Positions 56,901 through 64,000 of a DNA stretch of 64,000 nucleotides are shown here, piece after piece. Every line of letters starts with the position of its first letter. The first letter of the stretch is position 1. The position numbers were made by a program, and so were the translations under genes. Source of the DNA: Sphagnum compactum (Eukaryota); the NCBI GenBank assembly GCA_965153455.1, contig OZ234493.1, positions 16,234,213-16,298,212 of the forward strand, in the 5' to 3' direction. A model generated the notes under the pieces. That model was not told the DNA's origin. It saw nothing but the letters and a program-made list of their open reading frames with translations, and did not search any database.

Positions 56901-57240
56901 CAAACCACCGCACTTATTATATGCAGCATCTGGTACTAGTACTAGAATGATCGATGCAGGGTCTGCCAACAACACGCCCAATGCTAGTACCACTCCCGGT
57001 GGCGCAGGATCAGTCGATCATGATCATCATCTGCAGCATATAACAGCTGCAGCTGACGTGCAACAGCCTTCGAGATCATCATCAGCTGCTGCAGCTGCTG
57101 CTGCTGATCATGAGGAAAATCTCAACTGCAGCTTCATGGAGAATTTCGATACTTTGTCGGACTTGGCGGCCATCCCTGACACTTCTTCTCTAGACAACAA
57201 TGACTCAGATTACACTTCATTCCTCAATCAAATTTACTGA
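53959..57240 (+). CDS. RSS3: RICE SALT SENSITIVE 3 (RSS3)-like protein: bHLH-MYC_N domain plus long Ser-rich low-complexity tail, no bHLH, 627 aa; exons 53959-54113, 54287-54340, 54525-54755, 55058-55166, 55397-55438, 55746-55802, 56005-57240
   Basis: GT-AG exons join in frame (1884 nt): LLQHTLRSLCTDSQWVYAVFWRILPRNYPPPQW..DRSKGNKRNWIMAWEDGYCNF..PDLFFKMSHEVYNYGEGLMGKVAAD..KWVYREP..HPRPWEAQFKAGIQTIAVVAVEEGVMQLGS..FLHSIPGV, plus the family C-terminal motif PSMSSLEALLSKLPSV. The start could be any of the ATGs at 53959, 53962 or 53968. The symbol denotes the family, not proven orthology. Confidence 0.9.
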
Positions 57241-57819
57241 TCATTTATCTAGATTTACTTGAAAGAAGAGGCTGATCAATCAATTCATTATGATCACTGT
57301 GTTCATTAGGTTTGCACTAGAACTTTCAGGTCACTTTAAACATACTCACAAGAGCTAGCCAGCTTCATTCATGCCAATCTCCGGGGATGGTGCAAAGCTC
57401 CAGGAGCTAGAATCTGCACCTTCATCATGACATGTGATCTTGAAAAGTTACTGGTAGGTAGCTCACATGAGCAGATTAGATATATATCTTGAGCAATTTG
57501 AGCATCCTGAAGAACTAATTCCATATAAACTTGGAGCTTTGGCCAAATTTCCAGATCTGTGTAGATCAGCATCATGAGCATCAGGAACAATTTCATATGT
57601 GAGCAACAAACATGGAATTCTTCAAGTGGAAACAGGAAAATTTATACTCGTCTGACACCATTAAAAGTGAGTCACATTAGCTTCTAACAAACATGGAATT
57701 CAACTGTTTTTCAAAAGTAGATTGTCATGACACCAAAAGTGAGACACTTTAGCTTGCATTGAGACATCCCTTTCTCTTTGTGATTTTCTCTTTGTGATGT
57801 TGTTAACATCTATCAATTC

Positions 57820-58560
57820 ATTAAAAAGCCATTGCAAAGATTGGAGCAAACTTGAGTTGATTGCTCAACAGCAATTTCAGTGATCCCTAAAACACCATTG
57901 CAAAGAATGGAGCTCACAATTGTTCAATAGCACTTTCAATGACCAATAAAGCACCAATGTTAAGAATTGTTCAAGGCAATTTCACTGATCGATAAGACAA
58001 TAATTATGCAAAGAAATTTGGAGCTCAGAATAGTTGAAAGCAATTTCAATGGTTAATAAAACATCATTGCGAAGATTGGAGTTTTAGTATTGTTCAAAAG
58101 AAGTCTTCATGATCTATACAACAGTGCAAAAGGTTGGAGCTAAAAATTCTCCAAAGCGATTGCAATGGTCCCTAAAACACCATTGCAAAGATTGCAACTA
58201 AGATTTGTTTAAAGAAATTTCAATGATTAATAAAAAAATGTCATTGCAAAGATTGCAGTTGAGGATTATTCAAGAGCATTTTGCATATCAATTGGTAAAC
58301 ACCAAATCTGTTGCAAACATTGGAACTCAGAATAATTTGCTTGGAGATTGAATTTCAATTATTGAAAGAATCACCATTGTAAAGTAAGGAGCTATGAAAT
58401 GTTCAAGAGCAAAATCTTTCATGATTGATTGATAAAAAAAACATTCAAAAGGAACATTGGAACTTCAATTAAAATTGTTCCGAAGCAATTTGCATGATCA
58501 ATAAACACAATTCCAAATATTAGAGTTAAGAATTGTTCAAACCCTGGAATTCAATGATCC
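57820..58560. repeat. Degenerate ~60-65-bp tandem repeat, about 12 copies, downstream of the RSS3-like gene
   Basis: CATTGCAAAGATTGGAGC...ATTGTTCAA.AGCAATTTCAATGATCAATAAAACAC recurs at ~57830, 57896, 58006, 58065, 58123, 58181, 58242, 58310, 58376 and beyond. Confidence 0.88.
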
Positions 58561-59005
58561 ATTAATCTGCAATCTGGGTTCTGTGTATGCACGGTATAAT
58601 ATCAATTTTCTCAACTGTGAATCTGTTGAAGAATTTTTGTTTTGGGTTGAAAAGTTTTTGCACTTCCAACAATTCTTGAAGCTTTTCCTTTCTTGTTGCA
58701 CTTTGGAATTTCCAGTGCTTGTTTTAAAACAAATTTTGACAGTTCTTACTGATTTTAGTTTTCAAAAAAGTTTTATTTATTTTCCAAAATATGTAGTAGA
58801 TAGAAAATTGTTCATTAAATTGCATGATTTCTTGTCCAAGCTTCCATATGAATTCTTGTCTTCTTTGAGAATTCAGGTTTTGATTTTCAGGTGGTAGCCT
58901 AATTTCAATTCAAGTTTGTTATTTGAGGCATCATGAGATGCATAACCTACAATTTAGAATTCATCACTTCCCAAAATGTATGATAACAAGCCAAAGGCAA
59001 CCTTA

Positions 59006-59221
59006 TGGTGCATTCACACTTGATGTTAAGTCAATGTTGAATGAAAATCTAGGTGGCATCCTAGATGGCACCCAATGTTAAATGGGCGATAGCTCAATGT
59101 TAAGTGAATGCTAGCTTAACATAAAATTTTCATGGCAACTAGGTTTAAGTCCTAAATGGCTAGCATCATGGTGTTACAGGACTCAACCCTAGAGTCCCTA
59201 ACACCAGGTGTGAATGCACCT
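59006..59221. mobile_element. Tourist-like (PIF/Harbinger) MITE, 216 bp, with TTA target-site duplication
   Basis: Left end TTA|TGGTGCATTCACACTTGATGTTA; right end TAACACCAGGTGTGAATGCACCT|TTA. About 22-bp terminal inverted repeats with 2-3 mismatches, TTA at 59003-59005 and 59222-59224, no coding capacity. Confidence 0.85.
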
Positions 59222-62200
59222 TTAGCCTTATAATGCAAGAAGGCAAGAAAAGTAAGGTTGAGTCCATGTGTAGGTGTTTTTGAAGCTTGTTCAATGGGTT
59301 AGTTGGTAATGTCAAGCGAATGCAAAAAAGTTGTGACCCTATTCATATACTGCAAGCACATACATGTAAAAATATATTGAGGTGACAACTAAATGTCATC
59401 AAACACCATTGAGACACCTTGCTTGGACCTCACCCTCATTCACCACTTCAAGCTCGCACCTTACTCAAACCTCTCTCTCTCACTCAACCCTCACTTTCAC
59501 AAATTGCTCAAAGTTTGGACCTTGCTTAGACCTCTCTCACACTTGGATGTTGTGCAGAACTTGCTCTGACACATTGCTTGGACTTCAAGTAGCCATATTG
59601 CTAAAAGCTCAGACCTTGCTTAGATTACACCTCTATCCTTTCCCTCTCACACATGATATGCAAAGGTGCTTGAGTACTTGGGTGCTTGAACACTTGAGGA
59701 CATTAAAAAATTCTCTCCGACAAAGCAAGATGTGACCAAAAAAAAGCCTTGTTCTTAGCTCGTAAGGGGAAAACCTTGAAAACCCTACCCCAGGATATGC
59801 ATGTACATGCGCATATTCAGACCCCCTAAACATTATATAAAAGATACGCATGAGATAAAAGCATTCACAACCTTAAACCCTAACCCTAACCAGGATATGC
59901 ATAATGCAAGTTTTCATTTTAGGTGGACAATATGTATATATATGTGTGTGTGTGTGTACATGGATGTTGAGAGGAGCTATGTCTGCCAACACTGGTCACT
60001 ATAGCACTACCAGCTTTGGGTAGTACTTCACTTTTATGGAGAACCTTTGATTCTGGTTCAAAGAAAATAAATTAGAATTGTTTCAATTATGGTTCCACAT
60101 ATACATGGAACCAGGAAATCCAATTCTAAAATTAAAACCCTGTTCCAGTCTAGTTGTTACCAACCGAAAGTAAAAACCCAATAAAAAGCCTCAAAAATTT
60201 AACTTTGGCATCATCTTATGAAAAGGACCTTGTGATTTTGGTTTAGTTCTTGAGAACCATGGGAATCATTGGAAACAAAGTTGCAAAGACATTATGTTCT
60301 AATTTAGTTCATGTTGCTTAAGGCCTACAAGTAAATGGAGCTATAATTACTATAGTGAGATTATGGGTAATTTTGGAAAGTCTACTTGAAAGGAATTTAA
60401 TTGAGAAAATACAAGAACATCAATGGACAAGTTTGTGAAAGATCCTTCAATGAACATCATGTTTGAAGAAATACATATTTGAATGGAATGATTTGAGCAA
60501 ATATATGTGTAAACTAGTGTTTTGGTTTTTTAGCTTTTAAATGTTGCTAAAGTGGTGATCATTAATAACAAAATTTAACCACAATTGGTTACAAAATAGA
60601 TTTCATAGTAATTGTTTTTCAAAATCCTTCTACATTGTTGGTACCTACTAAAACATAAGGTAGAAATTTTTTAAATTTGAAATTTGACAAAATTAGGTTT
60701 TTTTTTTCAAAACAATCATTTGTTGATGTTATTGGGTATATATTTCACAAAATGGTGAAAATTTGTCACAATAAAACAAAGTTGGTTCAATCCAAAAAAA
60801 AATTCAATTTGCTAAGGGAGCCAAGGTGGCAAGCACCCGTAGGCAAATTTCAACTTAACTAATGACATTATTCCAAGGAACTTTTAGAATTGTGGCTAGT
60901 AGGCATAAATGTGGCAACTCCTTTTTTAGAAAAATAGATTTATATCACCTTTTAGGCAATGTTTTTTTTAGAAAAGAGAATTTGCAATAAAATATTTCAT
61001 TTAAAAAAATGTGTGTCACTTTTGATGGTTTTTCACCCAAGAAAACAACTAATGCAAACCAATGTTGGGCAATGTAATTGATTTGGTTAATAATAACTAA
61101 TTAAATTTTTTTTTATATGTCAAATTAAAAAAAAATCTACTTACAAGTTATAAGAATTACAAGTTTTAATATTTCAAAAACCTGAAAAGAACCAATGGTT
61201 TCATGAAAGAATTGATGGTTTTGTAGGCATTTATTTGAATTTTTCAAAAAAAAAAAAACTAGGCTTTTATCATTACATCCAAGAAAAACATTAATCTTTC
61301 CATCAATGCATGTCTACACCTCCAGGAACATTGTGGGGGCCTTCTCATCAGTGTTCTCCAAATTAGGGTTCATCACAGTCCCACTATAAAATTAAGGTTG
61401 TAATCCTAGCAAGGTCTCCAAAGATTCCTTCCATTTGAGGTGCCAAACCCAAAGTCCCATTGAAATCTCAAATGTTCCAATTGATGTGCCAAACTCCAAA
61501 AGGCTTGTCACATAGGACCCATTTAAGAGACATGATGGTCGATCAAGTTATCTTGTCATTTTCAACCATTCCACCCATATATCTTGTACAATTCAATTAT
61601 CTCTTCATTTTCGACCATTCCATCCATAGATCTACTGCAATTGAGTTAACTTGTCATTCCAATAATTTCAACCATCTTATCCATTGATCAAAATGCATTC
61701 TAAAATTTTCAAATCATTTTTGAAAGCATCATCAAACTTACCGTTTCAATTGTGCAAATAACTCTTTCTCATTTGGGTCATGGAGTAGCATTAGTGTTGG
61801 GCCGGTATCATGGATAGGGTTGGTTTTCAAGTTGGTTCTCTCAATGAAAACCAATGGTTCCAACTTAGGTGAAAACCATTTCTTTGAAAATTTTCCAAGG
61901 TATTGTTTGACCTCAACCTTAGTTCTTGAGGTGGTTATGGGGCTAACCCTGAGGTTCAATTCTCAACCTATTAGAGGCGAAAAAGTTTAGCAGATGAAAA
62001 TAATAAGTATAGACTTGTTAAAAGAAAATTCAAATTCAAGATTTTCTTCACATTAAAGAGGTCATTTATCATTAGGCAACACTTGCAAATGTGTAAAAAA
62101 ACATGGGAAATTTTTATTTAAAATTTGAATTTGTCAATGCTTATAGCTTTAAAAGTCGTAGCACTTGTGTCATTTTAAAATTTTAAAAATCATTTTTTTT

Positions 62201-63486
62201 TTCACACATGAGGGATGAAAACCTAGTGATAAAAACCTTGATCCTTCTTTAGAATGTCTTTGGATCAAATCCTCTTGAAAGAAAAATTGGTAGAGAATTG
62301 GTGTTTTTTTAATTTTTTTTTGAAAACCAAGCCAATTATCTAAAACTCGAAAAAAGGTTAAAAACCAGAGCCAATTTTTTTAATGTGTTCTTAGAACCAG
62401 AATCAACAATTATAAGAAAACAAAACGAGAATCACCAAACACTTAGTAGCACCAAGTATCTAGTACAAGAACATACTTTCTTGTGTAAATACATGATACT
62501 TTTAAGAACATAATTTTGCATTTTAAAAAAAGAAATGCACAAGCAATGTGCAAGAACTCTGTCTGTTATACAATTAATTATTATAGCTATTACACATTGA
62601 ATTGTTCCTTCACTCAAGAAAACAAAAACTATCAATTTCAGACCATCAAATCCAACATGTGATTGCCCAATTGGCCTTGGGTGAACCTGCATGTACACTG
62701 GAACATGTTTTGGGCTTGCTTCTTTATATTAGAAGAATAATTCTGTTCTAAGACAAAATGAGAGTCTCCCGGAGCTCAAAATTATTAATATTTCTTGTAC
62801 CAAATTTTCTTTTTGCATTCCTCATTGGATACTTGTATGTGTTACTGCAGTTTCCAATTCAAATACCAACAAGAGAATGCGGGTTTTCTCACACAAAAGT
62901 TTGTGGGTCATGACATGACATGTGTGAGGTAAACTTTCTGGTTTCATTCATTACAATGTGGAATATGAATGTTTATTGTTGCATATATTATATTGAAATT
63001 ACAACTTGACATTAAGTTATGGCACTAGAACCGTGTGGTTGGTGAAAAAACTTTGGATTAATCCAATGCTATTTAGTGTCAATTCAAAAAAATTATAATC
63101 ATATATATTTTAAAATATCGAAATGTTATTATTCCACTTGTATTAGCTCTTACTTTCATGATTTATATCTACAATATGTTGGGACCTACTTGGTATCAAT
63201 TTGCAAGTTTGCATAGTCAATCCAATTATCAATATATTCGTTTTATTTTGTAATAATTGTATGGTAAGTATAAAGAGATTGTATGCATGCATTGGTTAAA
63301 ATGGAAGACTTTGACATTCACAATCCCTAATGTCTCAAATCTGAAAATTTCACAAAGAGCTTCGAAGTTATATTAAATTACCAAATGAACATAAAGTTCC
63401 CAATCCCTATAAAGGCCCAAAGAATTCCTATTGTGGGTGATAAAAAATTCTTGTCAATGAACCACTCCTTTTGTCAACCATTATAA

Positions 63487-64000
63487 TACCTTGGGTGCTA
63501 TGACCTCAAACCTCAAAAGTAGACAATACCTCAAGAATACAAATGAACAACCTTTGTTATCTATGTGTGAAAATTTGGTTGATTGAGAACTAAATCAAAA
63601 TGGACACATAGCTCCTTGTGAGAACTTAACCACATGAAGTACCTTGGGTGCTTTGACCTCAAAGCTCAAGAGTCAACAATATTTTAAGTGTACAAGTGAA
63701 TAGCCTCTATTATTTGTGTTTTAAAACTTGGTTTGATTAGGAGCATAACCCAAGTGGGGCATAATTACAACTCACAATTCAACCATGTGTGCCTTAAACA
63801 TTCTAAGTGTTTTAACATAAAACACTCAAAGTACAATATTAGCTCAAGCATACAAACAAACATGTTATGCAATTTAACCTGGATTGATTTGAAAGCCATG
63901 TAAGGTTATAGCTCCAATTCATACCTCAACCCTTATTAAGCACCTTAGGCCTTCTACCTCTTGAAACTTGAAACTTGAAATATTTCAAGCATACAAACAA
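63487..64000. repeat. Degenerate ~150-bp tandem repeat running off the window end
   Basis: TACCTTGGGTGCT(A/T)TGACCTCAAA at 63487 and 63640, with more diverged starts at 63790 and 63941; ATAGCTCC at 63608 and 63908; TCAAGCATACAAACAA in the last two units. Confidence 0.65.

Noticed and set aside
61290-63300. Possible transposase relics (e.g. TCDCPIGLG*TC, SWIM-like, near 62660)
   Set aside because: Too degenerate; strand and family are ambiguous without a profile search.

Overview
Eukaryotic land-plant genomic DNA: GT-AG introns, GA/CT microsatellite leaders and AT-rich, CpG-poor intergenic DNA full of decayed transposons. A bryophyte (moss-like) origin is my impression, not something demonstrated here. 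Three intact spliced genes were reconstructed by hand, all on the + strand: (1) an ACT-domain-repeat (ACR) protein, 1279-3810, 7 exons, 493 aa; (2) a receptor-like kinase whose ectodomain is a lipid-transfer-protein-type (nsLTP/LTPG, 8-Cys motif) fold, 26543-29688, 7 exons, 603 aa, the most unusual object in the window; (3) an RSS3-like bHLH-MYC_N protein lacking a bHLH, 53959-57240, 7 exons, 627 aa. Two decayed glutamate carboxypeptidase II (AMP1/LAMP1-like) pseudogene copies lie in opposite orientation on either side of the kinase and have lost different exons. The rest holds hAT and PIF/Harbinger transposase remnants, a Tourist-like MITE with a TTA target-site duplication, interspersed repeats and several tandem arrays, including a 19/20-bp minisatellite with 58-bp higher-order structure just upstream of the kinase. 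No rRNA, bona fide tRNA or CRISPR array was recognised. All family assignments come from motif recognition by eye; no database search was run.
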